Positions 9,384-24,300 of a stretch of 36,410 nt of DNA are shown here, piece by piece. The notes under the pieces were generated by a model that was not told the DNA's origin, ran no database searches, and saw nothing but the letters and a program-made list of their open reading frames with translations. A program made the position numbers and the translations under genes. Origin of the DNA: Hydrurus foetidus. Its lineage: Eukaryota. The stretch lies in assembly GCA_900617105.1 (NCBI GenBank), contig UYFQ01000339.1, positions 1 through 36,410 of the forward strand. The letters run 5' to 3'. The stretch's first letter is position 1; every line of letters begins with the position of its first letter.

Positions 9384-12300
9384 ATGACATACCTTTTTTT
9401 TTTGTAGTATTTAATTCAAAAAAAAGTTTCCAACTTGGAACGAAAGTGTTTAGAAACACTAAAACAGTTCTAAATGATGTACATAAGTAGCACAAATGAT
9501 TAGATTGAAGTATTCAAAAAGTTATTTAATGTTATACAGTACTGCAGTAAAGGGTAATGACATACCTTTTTTTTTTGTAGTATTTAATTCAAAAAAAAGT
9601 TTCCAACTTGGAACGAAAGTGTTTAGAAACACTAAAACAGTTCTAAATGATGTACATAAGTAGCACAAATGATTAGATTGAAGTATTCAAAAAGTTATTT
9701 AATGTTATACAGTACTGCAGTAAAGGGTAATGACATACCTTTTTTTTTGTAGTATTTAATTCAAAAAAATGTTTCCAACTTGGAACGAAAGTGTTTAGAA
9801 ACACTAAAACAGTTCTAAATGATGTACATAAGTAGCACAAATGATTAGATTGAAGTATTCAAAAAGTTATTTAATGTTATACAGTACTGCAGTAAAGGGT
9901 AATGACATACCTTTTTTTTGTAGTATTTAATTCAAAAAAATGTTTCCAACTTGGAACGAAAGTGTTTAGAAACACTAAAACAGTTCTTAATGATGTACAT
10001 AAGTAGCACAAATGATTAGATTGAAGTATTCAAAAGTTATTTAATGTTATACAGTACTGCAGTAAAGGGTAATGACATACCTTTTTTTTTGTAGTATTTA
10101 ATTTAAAAAAAAGTTTCCAACTTGGAACGAAAGTGTTTAGAAACACTAAAACAGTTCTAAATGATGTACATAAGTAGCACAAATGATTAGATTGAAGTAT
10201 TCAAAAGTTATTTAATGTTATACAGTACTGCAGTAAAGGGTAATGACATACCTTTTTTTTTGTAGTATTTAATTCAAAAAAATGTTTCCAACTTGGAACG
10301 AAAGTGTTTAGAAACACTAAAACAGTTCTTAATGATGTACATAAGTAGCACAAATGATTAGATTGAAGTATTCAAAAAGTTATTTAATGTTATACAGTAC
10401 TGCAGTAAAGGGTAATGACATACCTTTTTTTTTGTAGTATTTAATTCAAAAAAATGTTTCCAACTTGGAACGAAAGTGTTTAGAAACACTAAAACAGTTC
10501 TTAATGATGTACATAAGTAGCACAAATGATTAGATTGAAGTATTCAAAAAGTTATTTAATGTTATACAGTACTGCAGTAAAGGGTAATGACATACCTTTT
10601 TTTTGTAGTATTTAATTTAAAAAAATGTTTCCAACTTGGAACGAAAGTGTTTAGAAACACTAAAACAGTTCTTAATGATGTACATAAGTAGCACAAATGA
10701 TTAGATTGAAGTATTCAAAAAGTTATTTAATGTTATACAGTACTGCAGTAAAGGGTAATGACATACCTTTTTTTTTGTAGTATTTAATTTAAAAAAATGT
10801 TTCCAACTTGGAACGAAAGTGTTTAGAAACACTAAAACAGTTCTTAATGATGTACATAAGTAGCACAAATGATTAGATTGAAGTATTCAAAAAGTTATTT
10901 AATGTTATACAGTACTGCAGTAAAGGGTAATGACATACCTTTTTTTTGTAGTATTTAATTTAAAAAAATGTTTCCAACTTGGAACGAAAGTGTTTAGAAA
11001 CACTAAAACAGTTCTTAATGATGTACATAAGTAGCACAAATGATTAGATTGAAGTATTCAAAAAGTTATTTAATGTTATACAGTACTGCAGTAAAGGGTA
11101 ATGACATACCTTTTTTTTTGTAGTATTTAATTCAAAAAAAAGTTTCCAACTTGGAACGAAAGTGTTTAGAAACACTAAAACAGTTCTTAATGATGTACAT
11201 AAGTAGCACAAATGATTAGATTGAAGTATTCAAAAAGTTATTTAATGTTATACAGTACTGCAGTAAAGGGTAATGACATACCTTTTTTTTGTAGTATTTA
11301 ATTTAAAAAAATGTTTCCAACTTGGAACGAAAGTGTTTAGAAACACTAAAACAGTTCTAAATGATGTACATAAGTAGCACAAATGATTAGATTGAAGTAT
11401 TCAAAAAGTTATTTAATGTTATACAGTACTGCAGTAAAGGGTAATGACATACCTTTTTTTTTGTAGTATTTAATTCAAACAAATGTTTCCAACTTGGAAC
11501 GAAAGTGTTTAGAAACACTAAAACAGTTCTTAATGATGTACATAAGTAGCACAAATGATTAGATTGAAGTATTCAAAAAGTTATTTAATGTTATACAGTA
11601 CTGCAGTAAAGGGTAATGACATACCTTTTTTTTTGTAGTATTTAATTCAGAAAAATGTTTCCAACTTGGAACGAAAGTGTTTAGAAACACTAAAACAGTT
11701 CTTAATGATGTACATAAGTAGCACAAATGATTAGATTGAAGTATTCAAAAAGTTATTTAATGTTATACAGTACTGCAGTAAAGGGTAATGACATACCTTT
11801 TTTTTTGTAGTATTTAATTTAAACAAATGTTTCCAACTTGGAACGAAAGTGTTTAGAAACACTAAAACAGTTCTTAATGATGTACATAAGTAGCACAAAT
11901 GATTAGATTGAAGTATTCAAAAAGTTATTTAATGTTATACAGTACTGCAGTAAAGGGTAATGACATACCTTTTTTTTTGTAGTATTTAATTCAGAAAAAT
12001 GTTTCCAACTTGGAACGAAAGTGTTTAGAAACACTAAAACAGTTCTTAATGATGTACATAAGTAGCACAAATGATTAGATTGAAGTATTCAAAAAGTTAT
12101 TTAATGTTATACAGTACTGCAGTAAAGGGTAATGACATACCTTTTTTTTGTAGTATTTAATTCAAAAAATGTTTCCAACTTGGAACGAAAGTGTTTAGAA
12201 ACACTAAAACAGTTCTAAATGATGTACATAAGTAGCACAAATGATTAGATTGAAGTATTCAAAAAGTTATTTAATGTTATACAGTACTGCAGTAAAGGGT

Positions 12301-15300
12301 AATGACATACCTTTTTTTTTGTAGTATTTAATTCAAAAAATGTTTCCAACTTGGAACGAAAGTGTTTAGAAACACTAAAACAGTTCTAAATGATGTACAT
12401 AAGTAGCACAAATGATTAGATTGAAGTATTCAAAAAGTTATTTAATGTTATACAGTACTGCAGTAAAGGGTAATGACATACCTTTTTTTTTGTAGTATTT
12501 AATTTAAAAAAATGTTTCCAACTTGGAACGAAAGTGTTTAGAAACACTAAAACAGTTCTTAATGATGTACATAAGTAGCACAAATGATTAGATTGAAGTA
12601 TTCAAAAAGTTATTTAATGTTATACAGTACTGCAGTAAAGGGTAATGACATACCTTTTTTTGTAGTATTTAATTCAAAAAAATGTTTCCAACTTGGAACG
12701 AAAGTGTTTAGAAACACTAAAACAGTTCTTAATGATGTACATAAGTAGCACAAATGATTAGATTGAAGTATTCAAAAAGTTATTTAATGTTATACAGTAC
12801 TGCAGTAAAGGGTAATGACATACCTTTTTTTTTGTAGTATTTAATTTAAAAAAATGTTTCCAACTTGGAACGAAAGTGTTTAGAAACACTAAAACAGTTC
12901 TTAATGATGTACATAAGTAGCACAAATGATTAGATTGAAGTATTCAAAAAGTTATTTAATGTTATACAGTACTGCAGTAAAGGATAATGACATACCTTTT
13001 TTTTGTAGTAGTATTTAATTCAAAAAAATGTTTCCAACTTGGAACGAAAGTGTTTAGAAACACTAAAACAGTTCTTAATGATGTACATAAGTAGCACAAA
13101 TGATTAGATTGAAGTATTCAAAAAGTTATTTAATGTTATACAGTACTGCAGTAAAGGGTAATGACATACCTTTTTTTTTTGTAGTATTTAATTTAAAAAA
13201 ATGTTTCCAACTTGGAACGAAAGTGTTTAGAAACACTAAAACAGTTCTTAATGATGTACATAAGTAGCACAAATGATTAGATTGAAGTATTCAAAAAGTT
13301 ATTTAATGTTATACAGTACTGCAGTAAAGGGTAATGACATACCTTTTTTTTGTAGTATTTAATTCAGAAAAATGTTTCCAACTTGGAACGAAAGTGTTTA
13401 GAAACACTAAAACAGTTCTTAATGATGTACATAAGTAGCACAAATGATTAGATTGAAGTATTCAAAAAGTTATTTAATGTTATACAGTACTGCAGTAAAG
13501 GGTAATGACATACCTTTTTTTTTGTAGTATTTAATTCAGAAAAATGTTTCCAACTTGGAACGAAAGTGTTTAGAAACACTAAAACAGTTCTTAATGATGT
13601 ACATAAGTAGCACAAATGATTAGATTGAAGTATTCAAAAAGTTATTTAATGTTATACAGTACTGCAGTAAAGGGTAATGACATACCTTTTTTTTGTAGTA
13701 TTTAATTTAAAAAAATGTTTCCAACTTGGAACGAAAGTGTTTAGAAACACTAAAACAGTTCTTAATGATGTACATAAGTAGCACAAATGATTAGATTGAA
13801 GTATTCAAAAAGTTATTTAATGTTATACAGTACTGCAGTAAAGGGTAATGACATACCTTTTTTTTTAGTAGTATTTAATTCAAAAAAATGTTTCCAACTT
13901 GGAACGAAAGTGTTTAGAAACACTAAAACAGTTCTTAATGATGTACATAAGTAGCACAAATGATTAGATTGAAGTATTCAAAAAGTTATTTAATGTTATA
14001 CAGTACTGCAGTAAAGGGTAATGACATACCTTTTTTTTGTAGTATTTAATTTAAAAAAATGTTTCCAACTTGGAACGAAAGTGTTTAGAAACACTAAAAC
14101 AGTTCTTAATGATGTACATAAGTAGCACAAATGATTAGATTGAAGTATTCAAAAAGTTATTTAATGTTATACAGTACTGCAGTAAAGGGTAATGACATAC
14201 CTTTTTTTTGTAGTATTTAATTTAAACAAATGTTTCCAACTTGGAACGAAAGTGTTTAGAAACACTAAAACAGTTCTTAATGATGTACATAAGTAGCACA
14301 AATGATTAGATTGAAGTATTCAAAAAGTTATTTAATGTTATACAGTACTGCAGTAAAGGGTAATGACATACCTTTTTTTTGTAGTAGTATTTAATTCAAA
14401 CAAATGTTTCCAACTTGGAACGAAAGTGTTTAGAAACACTAAAACAGTTCTTAATGATGTACATAAGTAGCACAAATGATTAGATTGAAGTATTCAAAAA
14501 GTTATTTAATGTTATACAGTACTGCAGTAAAGGATAATGACATACCTTTTTTTTGTAGTATTTAATTCAGAAAAATGTTTCCAACTTGGAACGAAAGTGT
14601 TTAGAAACACTAAAACAGTTCTTAATGATGTACATAAGTAGCACAAATGATTAGATTGAAGTATTCAAAAAGTTATTTAATGTTATACAGTACTGCAGTA
14701 AAGGATAATGACATACCTTTTTTTTTGTAGTATTTAATTTAAACAAATGTTTCCAACTTGGAACGAAAGTGTTTAGAAACACTAAAACAGTTCTTAATGA
14801 TGTACATAAGTAGCACAAATGATTAGATTGAAGTATTCAAAAAGTTATTTAATGTTATACAGTACTGCAGTAAAGGGTAATGACATACCTTTTTTTTTGT
14901 AGTATTTGATTTAAAAAAATGTTTCCAACTTGGAACGAAAGTGTTTAGAAACACTAAAACAGTTCTTAATGATGTACATAAGTAGCACAAATGATTAGAT
15001 TGAAGTATTCAAAAAGTTATTTAATGTTATACAGTACTGCAGTAAAGGGTAATGACATACCTTTTTTTTTGTAGTATTTGATTTAGAAAAATGTTTCCAA
15101 CTTGGAACGAAAGTGTTTAGAAACACTAAAACAGTTCTTAATGATGTACATAAGTAGCACAAATGATTAGATTGAAGTATTCAAAAAGTTATTTAATGTT
15201 ATACAGTACTGCAGTAAAGGGTAATGACATACCTTTTTTTTTGTAGTATTTGATTTAGAAAAATGTTTCCAACTTGGAACGAAAGTGTTTAGAAACACTA

Positions 15301-18300
15301 AAACAGTTCTTAATGATGTACATAAGTAGCACAAATGATTAGATTGAAGTATTCAAAAAGTTATTTAATGTTATACAGTACTGCAGTAAAGGGTAATGAC
15401 ATACCTTTTTTTTGTAGTATTTAATTAAAAAAATGTTTCCAACTTGGAACGAAAGTGTTTAGAAACACTAAAACAGTTCTTAATGATGTACATAAGTAGC
15501 ACAAATGATTAGATTGAAGTATTCAAAAAGTTATTTAATGTTATACAGTACTGCAGTAAAGGGTAATGACATACCTTTTTTTTGTAGTATTTAATTTAAA
15601 AAAATGTTTCCAACTTGGAACGAAAGTGTTTAGAAACACTAAAACAGTTCTTAATGATGTACATAAGTAGCACAAATGATTAGATTGAAGTATTCAAAAA
15701 GTTATTTAATGTTATACAGTACTGCAGTAAAGGGTAATGACATACCTTTTTTTTGTAGTATTTAATTTAAAAAAATGTTTCCAACTTGGAACGAAAGTGT
15801 TTAGAAACACTAAAACAGTTCTTAATGATGTACATAAGTAGCACAAATGATTAGATTGAAGTATTCAAAAAGTTATTTAATGTTATACAGTACTGCAGTA
15901 AAGGGTAATGACATACCTTTTTTTTGTAGTATTTAATTTAAAAAAATGTTTCCAACTTGGAACGAAAGTGTTTAGAAACACTAAAACAGTTCTTAATGAT
16001 GTACATAAGTAGCACAAATGATTAGATTGAAGTATTCAAAAAGTTATTTAATGTTATACAGTACTGCAGTAAAGGGTAATGACATACCTTTTTTTTTGTA
16101 GTATTTAATTTAAACAAATGTTTCCAACTTGGAACGAAAGTGTTTAGAAACACTAAAACAGTTCTTAATGATGTACATAAGTAGCACAAATGATTAGATT
16201 GAAGTATTCAAAAAGTTATTTAATGTTATACAGTACTGCAGTAAAGGGTAATGACATACCTTTTTTTTGTAGTATTTAATTTAAAAAATGTTTCCAACTT
16301 GGAACGAAAGTGTTTAGAAACACTAAAACAGTTCTTAATGATGTACATAAGTAGCACAAATGATTAGATTGAAGTATTCAAAAAGTTATTTAATGTTATA
16401 CAGTACTGCAGTAAAGGGTAATGACATACCTTTTTTTTTGTAGTATTTAATTTAAAAAATGTTTCCAACTTGGAACGAAAGTGTTTAGAAACACTAAAAC
16501 AGTTCTTAATGATGTACATAAGTAGCACAAATGATTAGATTGAAGTATTCAAAAAGTTATTTAATGTTATACAGTACTGCAGTAAAGGGTAATGACATAC
16601 CTTTTTTTTGTAGTATTTAATTTAAACAAATGTTTCCAACTTGGAACGAAAGTGTTTAGAAACACTAAAACAGTTCTTAATGATGTACATAAGTAGCACA
16701 AATGATTAGATTGAAGTATTCAAAAAGTTATTTAATGTTATACAGTACTGCAGTAAAGGGTAATGACATACCTTTTTTTTGTAGTATTTAATTTAAAAAA
16801 TGTTTCCAACTTGGAACGAAAGTGTTTAGAAACACTAAAACAGTTCTTAATGATGTACATAAGTAGCACAAATGATTAGATTGAAGTATTCAAAAAGTTA
16901 TTTAATGTTATACAGTACTGCAGTAAAGGGTAATGACATACCTTTTTTTTTGTAGTATTTAATTCAGAAAAATGTTTCCAACTTGGAACGAAAGTGTTTA
17001 GAAACACTAAAACAGTTCTTAATGATGTACATAAGTAGCACAAATGATTAGATTGAAGTATTCAAAAAGTTATTTAATGTTATACAGTACTGCAGTAAAG
17101 GGTAATGACATACCTTTTTTTTGTAGTATTTAATTTAAACAAATGTTTCCAACTTGGAACGAAAGTGTTTAGAAACACTAAAACAGTTCTTAATGATGTA
17201 CATAAGTAGCACAAATGATTAGATTGAAGTATTCAAAAAGTTATTTAATGTTATACAGTACTGCAGTAAAGGGTAATGACATACCTTTTTTTTTGTAGTA
17301 TTTAATTTAAAAAATGTTTCCAACTTGGAACGAAAGTGTTTAGAAACACTAAAACAGTTCTTAATGATGTACATAAGTAGCACAAATGATTAGATTGAAG
17401 TATTCAAAAAGTTATTTAATGTTATACAGTACTGCAGTAAAGGGTAATGACATACCTTTTTTTTTGTAGTATTTAATTTAAACAAATGTTTCCAACTTGG
17501 AACGAAAGTGTTTAGAAACACTAAAACAGTTCTTAATGATGTACATAAGTAGCACAAATGATTAGATTGAAGTATTCAAAAAGTTATTTAATGTTATACA
17601 GTACTGCAGTAAAGGGTAATGACATACCTTTTTTTTTGTAGTATTTAATTTAAAAAATGTTTCCAACTTGGAACGAAAGTGTTTAGAAACACTAAAACAG
17701 TTCTTAATGATGTACATAAGTAGCACAAATGATTAGATTGAAGTATTCAAAAAGTTATTTAATGTTATACAGTACTGCAGTAAAGGGTAATGACATACCT
17801 TTTTTTTTGTAGTATTTAATTTAAACAAATGTTTCCAACTTGGAACGAAAGTGTTTAGAAACACTAAAACAGTTCTTAATGATGTACATAAGTAGCACAA
17901 ATGATTAGATTGAAGTATTCAAAAAGTTATTTAATGTTATACAGTACTGCAGTAAAGGATAATGACATACCTTTTTTTTGTAGTATTTAATTCAAAAAAA
18001 TGTTTCCAACTTGGAACGAAAGTGTTTAGAAACACTAAAACAGTTCTTAATGATGTACATAAGTAGCACAAATGATTAGATTGAAGTATTCAAAAAGTTA
18101 TTTAATGTTATACAGTACTGCAGTAAAGGGTAATGACATACCTTTTTTTTTGTAGTATTTATTTAAACAAATGTTTCCAACTTGGAACGAAAGTGTTTAG
18201 AAACACTAAAACAGTTCTTAATGATGTACATAAGTAGCACAAATGATTAGATTGAAGTATTCAAAAAGTTATTTAATGTTATACAGTACTGCAGTAAAGG

Positions 18301-21300
18301 GTAATGACATACCTTTTTTTTTGTAGTATTTAATTTAAACAAATGTTTCCAACTTGGAACGAAAGTGTTTAGAAACACTAAAACAGTTCTTAATGATGTA
18401 CATAAGTAGCACAAATGATTAGATTGAAGTATTCAAAAAGTTATTTAATGTTATACAGTACTGCAGTAAAGGGTAATGACATACCTTTTTTTTGTAGTAT
18501 TTAATTTAAACAAATGTTTCCAACTTGGAACGAAAGTGTTTAGAAACACTAAAACAGTTCTTAATGATGTACATAAGTAGCACAAATGATTAGATTGAAG
18601 TATTCAAAAAGTTATTTAATGTTATACAGTACTGCAGTAAAGGGTAATGACATACCTTTTTTTTTGTAGTATTTAATTTAAACAAATGTTTCCAACTTGG
18701 AACGAAAGTGTTTAGAAACACTAAAACAGTTCTTAATGATGTACATAAGTAGCACAAATGATTAGATTGAAGTATTCAAAAAGTTATTTAATGTTATACA
18801 GTACTGCAGTAAAGGGTAATGACATACCTTTTTTTTGTAGTATTTAATTTAAACAAATGTTTCCAACTTGGAACGAAAGTGTTTAGAAACACTAAAACAG
18901 TTCTTAATGATGTACATAAGTAGCACAAATGATTAGATTGAAGTATTCAAAAAGTTATTTAATGTTATACAGTACTGCAGTAAAGGGTAATGACATACCT
19001 TTTTTTTTGTAGTATTTAATTTAAACAAATGTTTCCAACTTGGAACGAAAGTGTTTAGAAACACTAAAACAGTTCTTAATGATGTACATAAGTAGCACAA
19101 ATGATTAGATTGAAGTATTCAAAAAGTTATTTAATGTTATACAGTACTGCAGTAAAGGGTAATGACATACCTTTTTTTTGTAGTATTTGATTTAAACAAA
19201 TGTTTCCAACTTGGAACGAAAGTGTTTAGAAACACTAAAACAGTTCTTAATGATGTACATAAGTAGCACAAATGATTAGATTGAAGTATTCAAAAAGTTA
19301 TTTAATGTTATACAGTACTGCAGTAAAGGGTAATGACATACCTTTTTTTTTGTAGTATTTGATTTAAACAAATGTTTCCAACTTGGAACGAAAGTGTTTA
19401 GAAACACTAAAACAGTTCTTAATGATGTACATAAGTAGCACAAATGATTAGATTGAAGTATTCAAAAAGTTATTTAATGTTATACAGTACTGCAGTAAAG
19501 GGTAATGACATACCTTTTTTTTGTAGTATTTAATTTAAACAAATGTTTCCAACTTGGAACGAAAGTGTTTAGAAACACTAAAACAGTTCTTAATGATGTA
19601 CATAAGTAGCACAAATGATTAGATTGAAGTATTCAAAAAGTTATTTAATGTTATACAGTACTGCAGTAAAGGGTAATGACATACCTTTTTTTTGTAGTAT
19701 TTAATTTAAACAAATGTTTCCAACTTGGAACGAAAGTGTTTAGAAACACTAAAACAGTTCTTAATGATGTACATAAGTAGCACAAATGATTAGATTGAAG
19801 TATTCAAAAAGTTATTTAATGTTATACAGTACTGCAGTAAAGGGTAATGACATACCTTTTTTTTGTAGTATTTAATTTAAACAAATGTTTCCAACTTGGA
19901 ACGAAAGTGTTTAGAAACACTAAAACAGTTCTTAATGATGTACATAAGTAGCACAAATGATTAGATTGAAGTATTCAAAAAGTTATTTAATGTTATACAG
20001 TACTGCAGTAAAGGGTAATGACATACCTTTTTTTTGTAGTATTTATTTAAACAAATGTTTCCAACTTGGAACGAAAGTGTTTAGAAACACTAAAACAGTT
20101 CTTAATGATGTACATAAGTAGCACAAATGATTAGATTGAAGTATTCAAAAAGTTATTTAATGTTATACAGTACTGCAGTAAAGGGTAATGACATACCTTT
20201 TTTTTTGTAGTATTTAATTTAAACAAATGTTTCCAACTTGGAACGAAAGTGTTTAGAAACACTAAAACAGTTCTTAATGATGTACATAAGTAGCACAAAT
20301 GATTAGATTGAAGTATTCAAAAAGTTATTTAATGTTATACAGTACTGCAGTAAAGGGTAATGACATACCTTTTTTTTTGTAGTATTTGATTTAAACAAAT
20401 GTTTCCAACTTGGAACGAAAGTGTTTAGAAACACTAAAACAGTTCTTAATGATGTACATAAGTAGCACAAATGATTAGATTGAAGTATTCAAAAAGTTAT
20501 TTAATGTTATACAGTACTGCAGTAAAGGGTAATGACATACCTTTTTTTTGTAGTATTTAATTTAAACAAATGTTTCCAACTTGGAACGAAAGTGTTTAGA
20601 AACACTAAAACAGTTCTTAATGATGTACATAAGTAGCACAAATGATTAGATTGAAGTATTCAAAAAGTTATTTAATGTTATACAGTACTGCAGTAAAGGG
20701 TAATGACATACCTTTTTTTTGTAGTATTTAATTTAAACAAATGTTTCCAACTTGGAACGAAAGTGTTTAGAAACACTAAAACAGTTCTTAATGATGTACA
20801 TAAGTAGCACAAATGATTAGATTGAAGTATTCAAAAAGTTATTTAATGTTATACAGTACTGCAGTAAAGGGTAATGACATACCTTTTTTTTTGTAGTATT
20901 TGATTTAAACAAATGTTTCCAACTTGGAACGAAAGTGTTTAGAAACACTAAAACAGTTCTTAATGATGTACATAAGTAGCACAAATGATTAGATTGAAGT
21001 ATTCAAAAAGTTATTTAATGTTATACAGTACTGCAGTAAAGGGTAATGACATACCTTTTTTTTTGTAGTAGTATTTAATTCAAACAAATGTTTCCAACTT
21101 GGAACGAAAGTGTTTAGAAACACTAAAACAGTTCTTAATGATGTACATAAGTAGCACAAATGATTAGATTGAAGTATTCAAAAAGTTATTTAATGTTATA
21201 CAGTACTGCAGTAAAGGGTAATGACATACCTTTTTTTTTGTAGTATTTGATTTAAACAAATGTTTCCAACTTGGAACGAAAGTGTTTAGAAACACTAAAA

Positions 21301-24300
21301 CAGTTCTTAATGATGTACATAAGTAGCACAAATGATTAGATTGAAGTATTCAAAAAGTTATTTAATGTTATACAGTACTGCAGTAAAGGGTAATGACATA
21401 CCTTTTTTTTTGTAGTATTTAATTTAAACAAATGTTTCCAACTTGGAACGAAAGTGTTTAGAAACACTAAAACAGTTCTTAATGATGTACATAAGTAGCA
21501 CAAATGATTAGATTGAAGTATTCAAAAAGTTATTTAATGTTATACAGTACTGCAGTAAAGGGTAATGACATACCTTTTTTTTGTAGTATTTAATTTAAAC
21601 AAATGTTTCCAACTTGGAACGAAAGTGTTTAGAAACACTAAAACAGTTCTTAATGATGTACATAAGTAGCACAAATGATTAGATTGAAGTATTCAAAAAG
21701 TTATTTAATGTTATACAGTACTGCAGTAAAGGGTAATGACATACCTTTTTTTTGTAGTATTTAATTTAAACAAATGTTTCCAACTTGGAACGAAAGTGTT
21801 TAGAAACACTAAAACAGTTCTTAATGATGTACATAAGTAGCACAAATGATTAGATTGAAGTATTCAAAAAGTTATTTAATGTTATACAGTACTGCAGTAA
21901 AGGGTAATGACATACCTTTTTTTTTGTAGTATTTGATTTAAACAAATGTTTCCAACTTGGAACGAAAGTGTTTAGAAACACTAAAACAGTTCTTAATGAT
22001 GTACATAAGTAGCACAAATGATTAGATTGAAGTATTCAAAAAGTTATTTAATGTTATACAGTACTGCAGTAAAGGGTAATGACATACCTTTTTTTTGTAG
22101 TATTTAATTTAAACAAATGTTTCCAACTTGGAACGAAAGTGTTTAGAAACACTAAAACAGTTCTTAATGATGTACATAAGTAGCACAAATGATTAGATTG
22201 AAGTATTCAAAAAGTTATTTAATGTTATACAGTACTGCAGTAAAGGGTAATGACATACCTTTTTTTTGTAGTATTTAATTTAAACAAATGTTTCCAACTT
22301 GGAACGAAAGTGTTTAGAAACACTAAAACAGTTCTTAATGATGTACATAAGTAGCACAAATGATTAGATTGAAGTATTCAAAAAGTTATTTAATGTTATA
22401 CAGTACTGCAGTAAAGGGTAATGACATACCTTTTTTTTTGTAGTATTTGATTTAAACAAATGTTTCCAACTTGGAACGAAAGTGTTTAGAAACACTAAAA
22501 CAGTTCTTAATGATGTACATAAGTAGCACAAATGATTAGATTGAAGTATTCAAAAAGTTATTTAATGTTATACAGTACTGCAGTAAAGGGTAATGACATA
22601 CCTTTTTTTTGTAGTATTTGATTTAAACAAATGTTTCCAACTTGGAACGAAAGTGTTTAGAAACACTAAAACAGTTCTTAATGATGTACATAAGTAGCAC
22701 AAATGATTAGATTGAAGTATTCAAAAAGTTATTTAATGTTATACAGTACTGCAGTAAAGGGTAATGACATACCTTTTTTTTGTAGTATTTAATTTAAACA
22801 AATGTTTCCAACTTGGAACGAAAGTGTTTAGAAACACTAAAACAGTTCTTAATGATGTACATAAGTAGCACAAATGATTAGATTGAAGTATTCAAAAAGT
22901 TATTTAATGTTATACAGTACTGCAGTAAAGGGTAATGACATACCTTTTTTTTTGTAGTATTTGATTTAAACAAATGTTTCCAACTTGGAACGAAAGTGTT
23001 TAGAAACACTAAAACAGTTCTTAATGATGTACATAAGTAGCACAAATGATTAGATTGAAGTATTCAAAAAGTTATTTAATGTTATACAGTACTGCAGTAA
23101 AGGGTAATGACATACCTTTTTTTTTGTAGTATTTAATTTAAACAAATGTTTCCAACTTGGAACGAAAGTGTTTAGAAACACTAAAACAGTTCTTAATGAT
23201 GTACATAAGTAGCACAAATGATTAGATTGAAGTATTCAAAAAGTTATTTAATGTTATACAGTACTGCAGTAAAGGGTAATGACATACCTTTTTTTTGTAG
23301 TATTTAATTTAAACAAATGTTTCCAACTTGGAACGAAAGTGTTTAGAAACACTAAAACAGTTCTTAATGATGTACATAAGTAGCACAAATGATTAGATTG
23401 AAGTATTCAAAAAGTTATTTAATGTTATACAGTACTGCAGTAAAGGGTAATGACATACCTTTTTTTTTGTAGTATTTAATTTAAACAAATGTTTCCAACT
23501 TGGAACGAAAGTGTTTAGAAACACTAAAACAGTTCTTAATGATGTACATAAGTAGCACAAATGATTAGATTGAAGTATTCAAAAAGTTATTTAATGTTAT
23601 ACAGTACTGCAGTAAAGGGTAATGACATACCTTTTTTTTGTAGTATTTGATTTAAACAAATGTTTCCAACTTGGAACGAAAGTGTTTAGAAACACTAAAA
23701 CAGTTCTTAATGATGTACATAAGTAGCACAAATGATTAGATTGAAGTATTCAAAAAGTTATTTAATGTTATACAGTACTGCAGTAAAGGGTAATGACATA
23801 CCTTTTTTTTGTAGTATTTAATTTAAACAAATGTTTCCAACTTGGAACGAAAGTGTTTAGAAACACTAAAACAGTTCTTAATGATGTACATAAGTAGCAC
23901 AAATGATTAGATTGAAGTATTCAAAAAGTTATTTAATGTTATACAGTACTGCAGTAAAGGGTAATGACATACCTTTTTTTTGTAGTATTTAATTTAAACA
24001 AATGTTTCCAACTTGGAACGAAAGTGTTTAGAAACACTAAAACAGTTCTTAATGATGTACATAAGTAGCACAAATGATTAGATTGAAGTATTCAAAAAGT
24101 TATTTAATGTTATACAGTACTGCAGTAAAGGGTAATGACATACCTTTTTTTTGTAGTATTTAATTTAAACAAATGTTTCCAACTTGGAACGAAAGTGTTT
24201 AGAAACACTAAAACAGTTCTTAATGATGTACATAAGTAGCACAAATGATTAGATTGAAGTATTCAAAAAGTTATTTAATGTTATACAGTACTGCAGTAAA

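Noticed and set aside
9426..9457. GTTTCCAACTTGGAACGAAAGTGTTTAGAAAC looks like a 32-bp CRISPR repeat (GTTT...GAAAC, internal dyad)
   Set aside because: The intervening ~139 bp is near-identical in every unit rather than unique spacers, there are no cas genes and the context is eukaryotic.
9555..9580. GTAATGACATACC(T)nGTAG in each unit resembles a mini-intron, suggesting a spliced repetitive protein
   Set aside because: The remaining ~145 nt has stop codons in all three forward frames, so no repeating ORF results.
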